A DNA stretch of 64,000 nucleotides from Armatimonadota bacterium (GTDB lineage Bacteria; Armatimonadota; SYMT01), in NCBI GenBank assembly GCA_041690135.1, contig JAWLHY010000011.1, forward strand, positions 96,001 to 160,000, in the 5' to 3' direction. Position 1 is the stretch's first letter; the number at the start of each line of letters is the position of its first letter. The position numbers and the translations under genes were made by a program. Below the pieces are notes generated by a model, which searched no databases, was not told where the DNA came from, and saw only the letters and a list, made by a program, of their open reading frames with translations. Below are positions 9,756 through 19,344 of this stretch, in pieces.

Positions 9756-12700
9756 TTACACCTGCACGGACCCCGCCTGAGGCCCGCCGACCGGAGAAGC
9801 TGGTTCTGACTCCGCCAGAACCAGGACCAAGCGGCGCTCTTCGGGGTCCAGTTCGACGATCCGGACTGGGAGCGTATCGCCGGTCTGGGGGTCCTCGGCG
9901 GAGGTCCCGGCATTCACCTCCGGGGCCTCTTCCAGGTTAACGAAGCCTTCCAGCCCGCCTTCCAGCATCACGAGAACTCCCTTGGACGCCCGCCTTACCA
10001 CAGTGGCGGCGACCACCGCGCCGGGGCTATACCGCCCGGGTGCATGGGGCCAGGGGTCCGGCTGCGTCTGGCGCATGCTAAGGGAGATGCGCCCCTGCTC
10101 CAGATCGGTCTTGCAGACCATCACCTGGATTTCGTCGCCCTTGTTGAGCATTTCGGTGGGATGCCGGATGCGCGTCCAGGAAAGCTCGCTGATGTGGAGC
10201 AGGCCGTCGATGCCGCCGAGGTCCACGAAGGCGCCATAATCGACGAGCCGGGCGACCACGCCGCTCCGTACCTGCCCTGTGGTAATCGTTCGCAGGGTTT
10301 CCTCGCGGAGTGCGGCCTGCTCAACTTCGAAGACCCGCCGGTGGGAGAGCACGAGTTTCTGACGAGCACGATCCACTTCGACTACCTTCAGGGGCAACTG
10401 AGTGTCCACATATCTTTCCGGGTTCGGCTCGTTGCCGCTGCCGATATGCGTGTTGGGTACGAAACCCCGGACCCCGAGATCCACCACCAGACCCCCCTTT
10501 ACCCGTGCGGTGACGGTTGCCGTCAAGGTTGCATCATTCGCGTGAGCCGTCACCATCCGATCCCAGGTGCTCTTCCAATTGGCGAACTGCTCCATCCACT
10601 CCGCGCACCGTTCTTTCGTCCTGCGGTCAGAATCAGACCAGAAGGTTTCACTCTCCAGCAGGGCGTCCACTCGTGCAATCAGGCTACTCCAGTGTCGGAC
10701 GTACTCTTCGGCTGGGTGCTGTCGTGAACACGGGTGTTCGAGATAGGTAAGAAGCAGGCGGTCTACTCGTTCCCGCGCGGACCCTTCTTGCATCCCCGGC
10801 GCTCCAACGAGTTGGTGGAGTACCATCCCGATCTGTTTACCTGAGACCGGCTCGATCTCACTGCAACCGAAAAGTGCGCCCAGAACGGCCTCCGCCGTGA
10901 GAAGGACCTGATCCTCGAAGCCCTCTCGCTGGAGTTGGCGGTTGAGGCGCGACAACCTCCACATGACATCCGGGTGGTTAGGAAAGTGGCGACACCAATA
11001 GAGGCTGTGGATGAGCAAATCGTCGGAGAGGTTCTTCTCTTTGGTCACCCACGTCAGCACAAAGGTTGCCACTTCGAGATTCCGGTGAGTCAGGAGCCAG
11101 CCAGCCAGTGCAGTAGCCACGTTCGGCAGACCCCCTCCGTTTTCAAGCCACGCACTGTAAACGAAGCTGGCCTCCAGACTGCTGCCGTGCCTGTCAAGCC
11201 AGGCGAGAAGCGCGGCTTCCACGCTCGCCACTGCACCACCGTTGTTAAGGTAAGCAGCAATCACATAGTTGGCATCCAGATGGCCACCGTGCTGTTCGAT
11301 CCAGGCGAGCAGCGGCGTCTCCACCGGTGCCAGCGGGCCTCCGTGCTCCAGCCAGACACGATAGACGAAGTCAGCATCAGGGCGGCTGCCGTGCTGTTCG
11401 ATCCAGGCGAGCAGCGAGGTCTGCACCTGTGCCAGCGTGCCGCCGTGGTTCAGATATCCGGGATAGACGAAGCTAGCTTCCGGAGTGCGGCCGTGCTGTT
11501 CGATCCAGGCGAGGAGCCGCGTCTCTATCTGTGCCAGCGAGCCGCCGTGGTTCAGGTACGCAACAAATACGAAGCGGGCTTCCGGAGTGCGGCCGTGCTG
11601 TTCGATCCAGGCGAGGAGCCGCGTCTCTATCTGTGCCAGCGAGCCGCCGTGGTTCAGATATCCGGGATAGACGAAGCTAGCTTCCGGAGTGCGGCCGTGC
11701 TGTTCGATCCAGGCGAGGAGCCGCGTCTCTATCTGTGCCAGCGAGCCGCCGTGGTTCAGGTACGCAACAAATACGAAGCGGGCTTCCGGAGTGCGGCCGT
11801 GCTGTTCGATCCAGGCGAGGAGCCGCGTCTCTATCTGTGCCAGCGAGCCGCCGTGGTTCAGATATCCGGGATAGACGAAGCTAGCTTCCGGAGTGCGGCC
11901 GTGCTGTTCGATCCAGGCGAGGAGCCGCGTCTCTATCTGTGCCAGCGAGCCGCCGTGGTTCAGGTACGCAACAAATACGAAGCGGGCTTCCGGAGTGCGA
12001 CCGTGCTGTTCGATCCAGGCGAGGAGCCGCGTCTCGACCGGTGCCAGCGAGCCGCCGTGGTTCAGGTACGCAACAAATACGAAGCTGGCTTCCGGAGTGC
12101 GGCCGTGCTGTTCGATCCAGGCGAGTAGCCGCGTCTCGACCGGTGCCAGCGGGCCGCCATGTTCCAGCCATGCAGGGTAGACGAAGCGGGCATCCGGAGT
12201 GCTGCCGTGCTGTTCGATCCAGGCGAGTAGCCGCGTCTCTATCTGTGCCAGTGAGCCGCCGTGCTCCAGCCACGCACGGAAGACGAAGCTGGCTTTCGGA
12301 TGGGTCCGCCACTGGGTTAACCAGTGGCGGACGTGCTCTTCGATTGTAGCGGGTATAAGGCCGGCTTCCAGCCAGGACACCAGGAGAAAATGAGTTTGCA
12401 ACTCAACCGGGTGCCGTTCGATCCAGCCCAGGGCTGCTTCTTGCAGCCATTCCGGGTAGAGCCGGAGACCCCAATTCAGGACAAAGTTGCTCTCATCGGC
12501 CGCCCCGGCTGCGCGCTCTACCCAACTCTTGAAGCTGAGCAGTGCCTCGGCGCCAAGATCCGGCTGTGCCTCGCGAACCAACCATCTCGCGAGATGTCCG
12601 AGGATGTTCTGAAACCAGGTTTCTCGGTGATCTCCTTCCCAGAGCCCTGGATGCTCATGAAGCAGGAGGAACTGATCCCGGGTTTCGAGGAGTGGTGTCC

Positions 12701-14441
12701 GGAGAACGAGATCCCGCGCTTCTCGCCAGGCGTCCGGATTCGACTGGATGCCTTTCCGGATGAGGGAAAGCCAGGTAACGCCGGCAATCCGGGGCTGATC
12801 CACCAGCCGCTGCAAGGTCTCCAGGGCAGGGCGCAGGCAGCGCAGTTCCGCAGCCATGGCAAGAAGCTCAGTTCCATAGAGCTGGGCTGTCGCCTGGGAC
12901 CCCTCGAGGTGATGCAGCACGATCTCATCGGAGAGCACGTCGTGAAGCGCACGCCACTGGGGAGCTTCTTCCACGTCGCTGCTGGACTGGATGACCCATC
13001 CGTCTTCCGCCAGTCTCCCCAGGAGCGACCGGGCCGGTCCTTCCAGCCGGTTCACCGCGGTGGTGGAAAGGGGCAAAATGGCAACCAGGAGGGCCAACTC
13101 CCGACTAACGTCCATTCCCGGAAAAGTGAGGGAAACACGCCGGTCCACCCAGTTCGCGAAATCTTTCTCCGCGAGCAGGTCCCCCAGGTCAATCCCGCGG
13201 CCCTGCGAGTGCAGGAAGGCCATAAACATGGCCAACGCGGGAACATCGCGGCAGCGTTCCAGGTGGGTTGGGGTCACCTCGATCCCGGCGTGGGTGAGGA
13301 TGTGACGGACGACCTGGAGGCGGAGTTCCCGGTTCCACGTTTCGCTTTCGGGGGCGGTGAGGCTCACCCCTTGCTCGGTGTCGGAATGGGTGATCTGGTG
13401 CTGGTAATAGCTGCTGCGGCAGTTAGCCACGTAGTGGAGTGACAGGCCGAAGCTGTCGCGGATGTCGTGAAGGCGTTCTCGGAGTTCCTCGAAATGGCGC
13501 TGCCTCTCGAGGTAATCGATCACCAGCAGCACGCGGTCTGAAGGAGAGAGACGGGCGACGACCGCATCCAGGTCTTGCGTCCGGACGCTGGGGCCGACCG
13601 TAAGCACGAGCCAGCCGCAGCGCTGCGCCAGGCGGGCCAACTCCAGCGTGAGGCGGGTCTTTCCCGTCCCGCCGGGGCCGGTGATCACGAGCCCGTCCCA
13701 CTCTCCGCGTTCCAGGGAGGCCAGCAGCTCTTCTTCGCCTGCGATACCGGCGTCCGCCAGGTCGGGCCGATCTTGCAGAAACCGGCTGCGACTGTAGTAG
13801 GGAATGGCGTCGCTGTTGAGGTAGGTTCGGAACGACCCGGCCAGGTCTGCATCCGAGAAGACGCGGATCCCTGTTGGTCGCGCGCGGCGAAACCACCGGA
13901 ACTGGAGGAGCGCCCTTTGCTGGAGGATGCCTTCGAAGTCGCCCCAGTCAAAGACTCGCACCTTCAGGCCGGCGAGGTGGTTCAGGTGGGGGAAGTCGTG
14001 GGTCAGGGTCTCGAACTCGCGTTGGATGTGCTGCTGGAGAGTATCGTCCTGGCTCTGGTTCTTTACCCGGGCGCTGACGCAGAAGAAGTATTCCCGAATC
14101 GGGCGATCCTTCCGGTACCACGGAGCGTACTGCCCCTGGCCGCGCGTGGGCCCGGTGGGTGATTGGAGGTGCTTCCGGAGATGCTCGCTTACGTCCTTCC
14201 AGGCATCCTGGGCGGCTCGCAGGTCATTGCGGCCTACGAACTTGCACTCACCGACCTTCAGTTCCGCGCCGGGATCGGCGCTCAAGTCGATGGCCCCGTC
14301 CTTCCCGCCGGTGGGAAAGAGGTGGAGACCGGGATACTCCGGGTAAAGGCAGTCATAAACGAAGCGTTGGAACGCGTCGGTGATGTCTTCCCCCAGCAAG
14401 GCTGGGTCCAATTCGTGCTGTTGGAACTCCGGTATGATCAT
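9756..14441 (-). CDS. NLR/Avs-like protein: N-terminal PD-(D/E)xK restriction-endonuclease-like domain + STAND P-loop NTPase + 34-aa helical repeats + three S1 RNA-binding domains
   Basis: FQRFV.D.L...GGKDGAID...GECK; Walker A GPGGTGKT; Walker B LLVIDYLE; repeats; S1 motifs VKGGLVVDLGVRGFVP, DYGAFVDLGGIDGLLHISELSW, GLEGFV...DPEERRL.L. Confidence 0.8.
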   Translation of the reverse strand: MIIPEFQQHELDPALLGEDITDAFQRFVYDCLYPEYPGLHLFPTGGKDGAIDLSADPGAELKVGECKFVGRNDLRAAQDAWKDVSEHLRKHLQSPTGPTRGQGQYAPWYRKDRPIREYFFCVSARVKNQSQDDTLQQHIQREFETLTHDFPHLNHLAGLKVRVFDWGDFEGILQQRALLQFRWFRRARPTGIRVFSDADLAGSFRTYLNSDAIPYYSRSRFLQDRPDLADAGIAGEEELLASLERGEWDGLVITGPGGTGKTRLTLELARLAQRCGWLVLTVGPSVRTQDLDAVVARLSPSDRVLLVIDYLERQRHFEELRERLHDIRDSFGLSLHYVANCRSSYYQHQITHSDTEQGVSLTAPESETWNRELRLQVVRHILTHAGIEVTPTHLERCRDVPALAMFMAFLHSQGRGIDLGDLLAEKDFANWVDRRVSLTFPGMDVSRELALLVAILPLSTTAVNRLEGPARSLLGRLAEDGWVIQSSSDVEEAPQWRALHDVLSDEIVLHHLEGSQATAQLYGTELLAMAAELRCLRPALETLQRLVDQPRIAGVTWLSLIRKGIQSNPDAWREARDLVLRTPLLETRDQFLLLHEHPGLWEGDHRETWFQNILGHLARWLVREAQPDLGAEALLSFKSWVERAAGAADESNFVLNWGLRLYPEWLQEAALGWIERHPVELQTHFLLVSWLEAGLIPATIEEHVRHWLTQWRTHPKASFVFRAWLEHGGSLAQIETRLLAWIEQHGSTPDARFVYPAWLEHGGPLAPVETRLLAWIEQHGRTPEASFVFVAYLNHGGSLAPVETRLLAWIEQHGRTPEARFVFVAYLNHGGSLAQIETRLLAWIEQHGRTPEASFVYPGYLNHGGSLAQIETRLLAWIEQHGRTPEARFVFVAYLNHGGSLAQIETRLLAWIEQHGRTPEASFVYPGYLNHGGSLAQIETRLLAWIEQHGRTPEARFVFVAYLNHGGSLAQIETRLLAWIEQHGRTPEASFVYPGYLNHGGTLAQVQTSLLAWIEQHGSRPDADFVYRVWLEHGGPLAPVETPLLAWIEQHGGHLDANYVIAAYLNNGGAVASVEAALLAWLDRHGSSLEASFVYSAWLENGGGLPNVATALAGWLLTHRNLEVATFVLTWVTKEKNLSDDLLIHSLYWCRHFPNHPDVMWRLSRLNRQLQREGFEDQVLLTAEAVLGALFGCSEIEPVSGKQIGMVLHQLVGAPGMQEGSARERVDRLLLTYLEHPCSRQHPAEEYVRHWSSLIARVDALLESETFWSDSDRRTKERCAEWMEQFANWKSTWDRMVTAHANDATLTATVTARVKGGLVVDLGVRGFVPNTHIGSGNEPNPERYVDTQLPLKVVEVDRARQKLVLSHRRVFEVEQAALREETLRTITTGQVRSGVVARLVDYGAFVDLGGIDGLLHISELSWTRIRHPTEMLNKGDEIQVMVCKTDLEQGRISLSMRQTQPDPWPHAPGRYSPGAVVAATVVRRASKGVLVMLEGGLEGFVNLEEAPEVNAGTSAEDPQTGDTLPVRIVELDPEERRLVLVLAESEPASPVGGPQAGSVQV
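11085..12430 (-). repeat. Intragenic 102-bp (34-aa) tandem repeat: 10 near-identical units plus degenerate flanking units
   Basis: GTGCTGTTCGATCCAGGCGA starts at 11289, 11391, 11493, 11595, 11697, 11799, 11901, 12003, 12105 and 12207; degenerate versions near 11187 and 12411. Confidence 0.95.
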
Positions 14442-14861
14442 CCTGGCCGTGAGTCGGTAATCGCAGCCGGGAGACCTGGCTGCTGTCCGGCGTGCCGCAG
14501 AATGACGAAGTAGCCTCCGTCATTCTGTGGTGGAAGCTGGAGAGGGGCTCCCGGCACAGACCGGTCGCCTTCCGGCTCAGGTATTCACCAGGCGTCTACG
14601 GAATCTCTCCTCGAGCGCGGTCAGCATTCAAGCGAAGACGGGGCCAGCCGCAAAAAACACCCCAGCGAGGTGGGTCGCTACTTCTCTAACAGGCACCGCT
14701 AAGCTCACGGCTGCCATCTCGAAGCAGGACATCCAGAATCCAGAGCATCTCTCCCCCCAGGATTCCCAAACTCGGAACTCGGAACCTGAAACTCGGAACT
14801 TTTACCACCCGCGGCGTGGCGGACCTTCACCCACCAGCCGCGTCAAAGCCGCCGGTGCGCT

Positions 14862-15785
14862 TCCGCAGTTGTTCTCCTTCCCTTTCGCGTTTTCGTAATT
14901 TCGTGTTTTCGCCCATACGGGCGTCCGTATGGACGTGTTAGCCCGCGCAGCGGCCCCTCTGCCAACTCTGCGCCGGGAGTTTTGCGTAATTCTGTGTAAC
15001 AGGCAACCAGGGGTTTTGTGGATTGTGTGTATTGTGTGCATAGGGGGCCGGGGTCTATTTGATCCTGCTTCCAGCGACCCCGCCCCACTCCGGCGGGGCA
15101 CCCCGGCGGCCATTCGGGCTGTCCGGCCTCGCATAGGACCGCCGGCGCGGGTCCTGGCGCTTACGGGCCACGGCGGCAATCGTCGCCACCCCACAGTCCC
15201 AAGGTGGGTCCGGTTCGGCGGAACGGGCGGGCTAACCCCAAGCTCGCGAAGGCCAGCCTCTCAGCTGGACTCCGTCAAGGACCAGGCGCTCCCCCGGGCT
15301 TGCCGCACAGGTAGGGAAAACGATTGGCGCAAGTCTCCGAAGCCAGGCCCGTGCAACTAAGGGGATGGGGGAAGTATCTGAACAGTTTTGACCCCGCAGC
15401 ACGAACCTGTTTCTCCACTCGGATCAGCGAGGCTTGCCGGAGTGACGGCGCCGGGTACCCCGTACGGGGTGTCGGCCTCCAAGTGGCGTACCGTACCTGC
15501 TCAGTTACTTCCACACCCCCTTACCTGCGCCTTGACAGACTGTATTAGCCCGCGCAGCGCTGCTTCCTTTCGCCATTCCCGTTTGGTCCACTCCGGATCC
15601 TGGCGCTCTTCCGCAGTTGCTCCCTTTCCCTTTCGCGTGTAAGGCACCCTCTGGGACTTTCGCGGTTTTGCGTCTTCGCTCCCCTGCGGAACCCTATGGG
15701 CTTTATCACTTTCGCCGTCGTGAATTTTCGTGTTTTCGCTCTTTCGCTCTTTCGTGTTAGCCGCACAGCGCCCCTCTGCCGGCCC
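14862..15785. repeat. Intergenic cluster of TTTCGNNN octamer runs and TTAGCCCGCGCAGCG motifs
   Basis: Copies at ~14880-14960, ~15545-15640 and ~15720-15785; inverted copy at ~43465-43520. Confidence 0.65.
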
Positions 15786-15999
15786 AGCCACCCCTTGAGT
15801 CTCGTTCCCGTCCCCTCAGGTCCTGCTCGTAATCCTCATCCTGATCCGCAGGCGTGTCTTCCTGACCCGATTCGCGGTCCGAAACCGGATTGGTGCCGGA
15901 CAACCGCCGCACGCCCCTGTAAACTGCCTTGCAGAGATGCCACGCGCGGAACGGCAGACACCTTTCGAGGGGCGCCCTTCCGAGGGAGCCTCCGCAGCC

Positions 16000-16755
16000 A
16001 TGAGCCCGGTCCCGGCCGTTTCCCAAACGGTCGGGACCGCGGCCCCCTCTCCCTGTGCCGGCCTCTTCCCGGAGCGGGGGCAGCAGCTCTCCCAGGCATT
16101 GGCGGAGGACCGGGTCCAGCGGGAACGCCTCCGGAAGGGGTTGGAGCGGAAGCTGGCCTGGGGACGGCGCGTAGAATGGTGGGGGCGCAATGGCTGTGTC
16201 GCCGCCGGGCTGGGAATTGCGCTCCTTTGGGCTTGCACCTTCTTAAGCTTTATGAGCGGCAGCTTTTGGCTATGGGGTGCCATCTTGTATGGGACGCTGG
16301 GCCTCGTGGTGGGAAGCCCGCTCGTCGCCGCCGCGGGTCGCGCCTGGTGCCGGTGGGTGGTGCGGCGCGCCAGCATGCTGGCTATTGATGATCTCGAGCA
16401 CTCCCGAGGCGGCAAGCAGCCATCGGCTGAAGCCGAACCGAGGGTGCCTTCGCGAGCGCAGGCGGAGATGCAACAGAAGATCGACGCCGAATACGCTGCC
16501 GAAATCCGCACCTCCGGCTACTGCTTGGTAATGTGCTCTCTCGGTCTCGGTCTCGCGGTGTCGATAGGCCTGTGGCCATACCCGGGTGACATTGCCACCC
16601 CTGCGATGATCTGTGGAGCCGTTTTGCTGTTGGTGCTGCTGCCGGTGGTGGCGGTGTGGCGAGTCAATTCCTGGGCGATACGGAGGGAATACTTGCGTCA
16701 GGCAGCGGCGGAAGGGCTCGCGGTCTACGATCCCGCGGCAGCCCAAGACCGTTGA
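16000..16755 (+). CDS. Hypothetical membrane protein (paralog 1, ~4 TM)
   Basis: ORF 15937-16755 with likely ATG at 16000; strong similarity to the next gene. Confidence 0.6.
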   Translation: MSPVPAVSQTVGTAAPSPCAGLFPERGQQLSQALAEDRVQRERLRKGLERKLAWGRRVEWWGRNGCVAAGLGIALLWACTFLSFMSGSFWLWGAILYGTLGLVVGSPLVAAAGRAWCRWVVRRASMLAIDDLEHSRGGKQPSAEAEPRVPSRAQAEMQQKIDAEYAAEIRTSGYCLVMCSLGLGLAVSIGLWPYPGDIATPAMICGAVLLLVLLPVVAVWRVNSWAIRREYLRQAAAEGLAVYDPAAAQDR

Positions 16756-16772
16756 AAATTCAGGAGAGCGAC

Positions 16773-17558
16773 ATGGTAGAGCATTCGCACGGTGCTGCAG
16801 CAATGGCTGATCCGGTCGCAGATGTGCCCGCTAACCCACTCGTGGGTCGAGGCGAACGACTTGCCCAGGGCCTGGCGGATGACCGAGAACGACGCGAAAG
16901 GCTTCGCAGGAAGCTGGCGCGGCAACTCGCCTGGGGAAGAGGTGTGGAGTCTTACGGAAGGAACGGCTGTACGGTCGTCGGGTTCGGGATTGCGCTGTTT
17001 TGGGTCTCCTTTTTGGCAGCGTCTGCAGGCATCCTCCCCGGGGCCCTGGGGCTAATGACGGCCGGTTGCCTTTACGGAACGTTCGGATTCCTGGTGGGAG
17101 GCCCGGTCCTGGTTGCCGCGGGCCGGGGGTGGCGCCGGTGGGTCATGCGCCGCGCGAACTCACTGGCGATCGAGGACTTGAGCTTCTGCGCTGGTCCCGG
17201 ACCCCAGCGCCCTGAGTTCTCGTCGGTGCCGTCCACCGCGCGGGCACTCCAGAAGATAATCGACGAGGCCTATGTTGCCGAGGTCCGCAATGTTGATGAC
17301 TGTGTCCGGCTCTGCCTTCTCATGCTGGGTCTTCTCCTGCTGACCGTCATTTGCGTGCTGGTGGAAGTCCGCCTCGCCTCACTTGGTTCCTCCGCCTTCC
17401 CGCTCACGGGGGTGATAAGCGTGTCCCTGGTGTTCCTTGCGCATTTCCTGCTACCGGTTGTGGCGGCCTGGCGGGTCGGTTGCTGGTGGACGCGGAAGCG
17501 GCTTTTACGTGAGGCGGCGGCGGAAGGGCGCGAGGTTTATGATCCAGCCGCGCGTTGA
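16773..17558 (+). CDS. Hypothetical membrane protein (paralog 2)
   Basis: AGGAG RBS before ATG 16773; shares LAWGR.VE..GRNGC, YGT.G..VG.P...AAGR.W.RWV.RRA..LAI.DL and AAAEG..VYDPAA with paralog 1. Confidence 0.6.
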   Translation: MVEHSHGAAAMADPVADVPANPLVGRGERLAQGLADDRERRERLRRKLARQLAWGRGVESYGRNGCTVVGFGIALFWVSFLAASAGILPGALGLMTAGCLYGTFGFLVGGPVLVAAGRGWRRWVMRRANSLAIEDLSFCAGPGPQRPEFSSVPSTARALQKIIDEAYVAEVRNVDDCVRLCLLMLGLLLLTVICVLVEVRLASLGSSAFPLTGVISVSLVFLAHFLLPVVAAWRVGCWWTRKRLLREAAAEGREVYDPAAR

Positions 17559-17719
17559 GGGGATGGCGGACAACAGCCGCGTTCTGCCACCTCTCCGGGG
17601 GGAGACCAGTGCCAAGACGGTTACAGCGCAGTGCATCCCATCACCCCTTCGGGGTACCTGGACGTGGGCCTGCAGCAGATCAAATGGAGGTCACGTTGGA
17701 GATCCGTGCCACGCGACCG

Positions 17720-17866
17720 CCGCGGCACCGTGTGCAAGGTGGGAAATGGATAACCGCAGTCGCGATCTCCGCAGGCGTAACGGGCGCGGGCCGTGACCAA
17801 GGCGTGAACGAGTTGCACCCCGAGCGCGTACCGTGACTCACGGGGACAAGCCCCTCTGCTACCTTC
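17720..17866 (+). repeat. ~145-bp REP-like dispersed element (copy 3)
   Basis: CCGCGGCACCGTGTGCA...AACGAGTTGCACCCC...GGGGACAAGCCCCTCTGCTAC (a GTAG-type REP on the reverse strand). Confidence 0.75.
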
Positions 17867-18108
17867 CGTCTTCTGTACGGAGTTGGGGAGACGAAAGGTA
17901 GCTGTCAATTGTTCCGAATTCTGTAGCGGACCTCACGCATCACGGGCTTTTCCCTGTTCGAGGCTGCAGTCGTGTCTCCAGGACTGCCCTGCGCGAGCGC
18001 CGCCCATTACGCATCACTCCTCCCTGTTCGAGGCAACTGCCATGCCTCCCACCTGCCCCATGCACGAGCAACACGCATTTCGCTCCCCCTGAGATAACTG
18101 AGGTGCAA

Positions 18109-19344
18109 ATGAGCACCGCACCTGCCCTCGATCTTTCTCGGAGTTCCTCTCCCGCCGTTCCCGCTTTTAGCGGGAACGCGCACATCCACCTGCCCCCGAA
18201 CTTCTCCGCGTTCGACAGCGTGGAGCAGGCGGTGGGGCTCGCCGCGGCCCAGGGCCTGAGATTCCTGGGGGCGAGCAACTACTACGACTACACGGTGTAC
18301 CAGGAGTTCGGTGAGCGGGCGCGGGAGGCGGGAATCTACCCCCTCTACGGCCTGGAGATCATCGCGCTGCTGGAGGACCTGCAGGAGGCGGGGGTCAAGA
18401 TCAACGACCCCGGCAACCCCGGCAAGCTGTACCTCTGCGGGAAGGGGATCACCCGGTTTGCGCCCATGACGGGGGAGGCCGTGACGCTGCTGAACGCGAT
18501 CCGCGAGGCCGATTCCCAGCGGATGGCGCGCATGGCGGAGCGGCTGAACGCGGTGTTCGCCGCCGCGGGCCTGGACCTGGGACTGGACGAGGCCGCCGTG
18601 AAGGAGCGCATCGTGGCGCGGCATGGCAGCCCGCTGGAGACGGTCTACCTCCAGGAGCGGCACCTGGCGCAGGCGTTCCAGGAAGTGCTGTTCGAGCGGG
18701 TGCCGGAAGCGGAACGGGCGGCGGCCCTGGAGCGACTGTTCGGCACGGCCGCGAAGAAACCGAACGACCCGGTGAGCGTGCAGAACGAGATCCGCAGCCA
18801 CCTGATGAAGGCGGGAAAGCCGGCCTACGAGCGGGAGACGTTCGTCGGCTTCGACCACGCCTACCGGCTGGTGCTGGCGCTGGGCGGGATCCCCTGCTAT
18901 CCCACGCTGGCGGACGGCGCCTCGCCGATCTGCGCCTTCGAGGAGCCGGTGGAGGCGCTCACCTCCGCACTCCGGAAATGGGGCATCCACTGCGCGGAGT
19001 TCATCCCGCTGCGCAACCACCCGGAAGTGCTGTGCCGCTACGTGCGGGCGATGCGCGAGGCCGGAATGGTGGTCACCGCCGGCACGGAGCACAACACCCT
19101 CGACCTGGTCCCCATGGAGCCGACCTGCCTCGGCGGTGCGCCGGTCCCGGATGACCTCCAGGCGATCTTCCGCGAAGGCGCCTGCGTGGTCGCCGCGCAC
19201 CAGCACCTCGTCGCCCAGGGCGAGCATGGCTTCGTCGACCCCGGCGGCCAGCCCCACCCCGGCTACGCCACGGACGAAGAGCGCATCCGGGCCTTCGCCA
19301 CCCTCGGCGCTACGTTGATCCAAGGGAAATCCGAACCGGATTAA
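18109..19344 (+). CDS. PHP-fold (polymerase/histidinol phosphatase-like) metal-dependent hydrolase, hypothetical
   Basis: NAHIH metal motif, GLEI, GGIPCYP, GTEHN; GAGG RBS; strong GC3 bias. Confidence 0.65.
   Translation: MSTAPALDLSRSSSPAVPAFSGNAHIHLPPNFSAFDSVEQAVGLAAAQGLRFLGASNYYDYTVYQEFGERAREAGIYPLYGLEIIALLEDLQEAGVKINDPGNPGKLYLCGKGITRFAPMTGEAVTLLNAIREADSQRMARMAERLNAVFAAAGLDLGLDEAAVKERIVARHGSPLETVYLQERHLAQAFQEVLFERVPEAERAAALERLFGTAAKKPNDPVSVQNEIRSHLMKAGKPAYERETFVGFDHAYRLVLALGGIPCYPTLADGASPICAFEEPVEALTSALRKWGIHCAEFIPLRNHPEVLCRYVRAMREAGMVVTAGTEHNTLDLVPMEPTCLGGAPVPDDLQAIFREGACVVAAHQHLVAQGEHGFVDPGGQPHPGYATDEERIRAFATLGATLIQGKSEPD

Noticed and set aside
9756-10545. Stand-alone rpsA gene
   Set aside because: No stop separates it from the upstream domains, the first S1 repeat is missing, and the last repeat is diverged.
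11289-12230. CRISPR array
   Set aside because: The period is exactly 102 bp with no unique spacers, the array lies in frame within a CDS, and no cas genes are present.
11289-12230. TAL effector repeats
   Set aside because: The 34-aa length matches, but the LTPxQVVAIAS..GGKQAL consensus is absent; the comparison is an analogy only.
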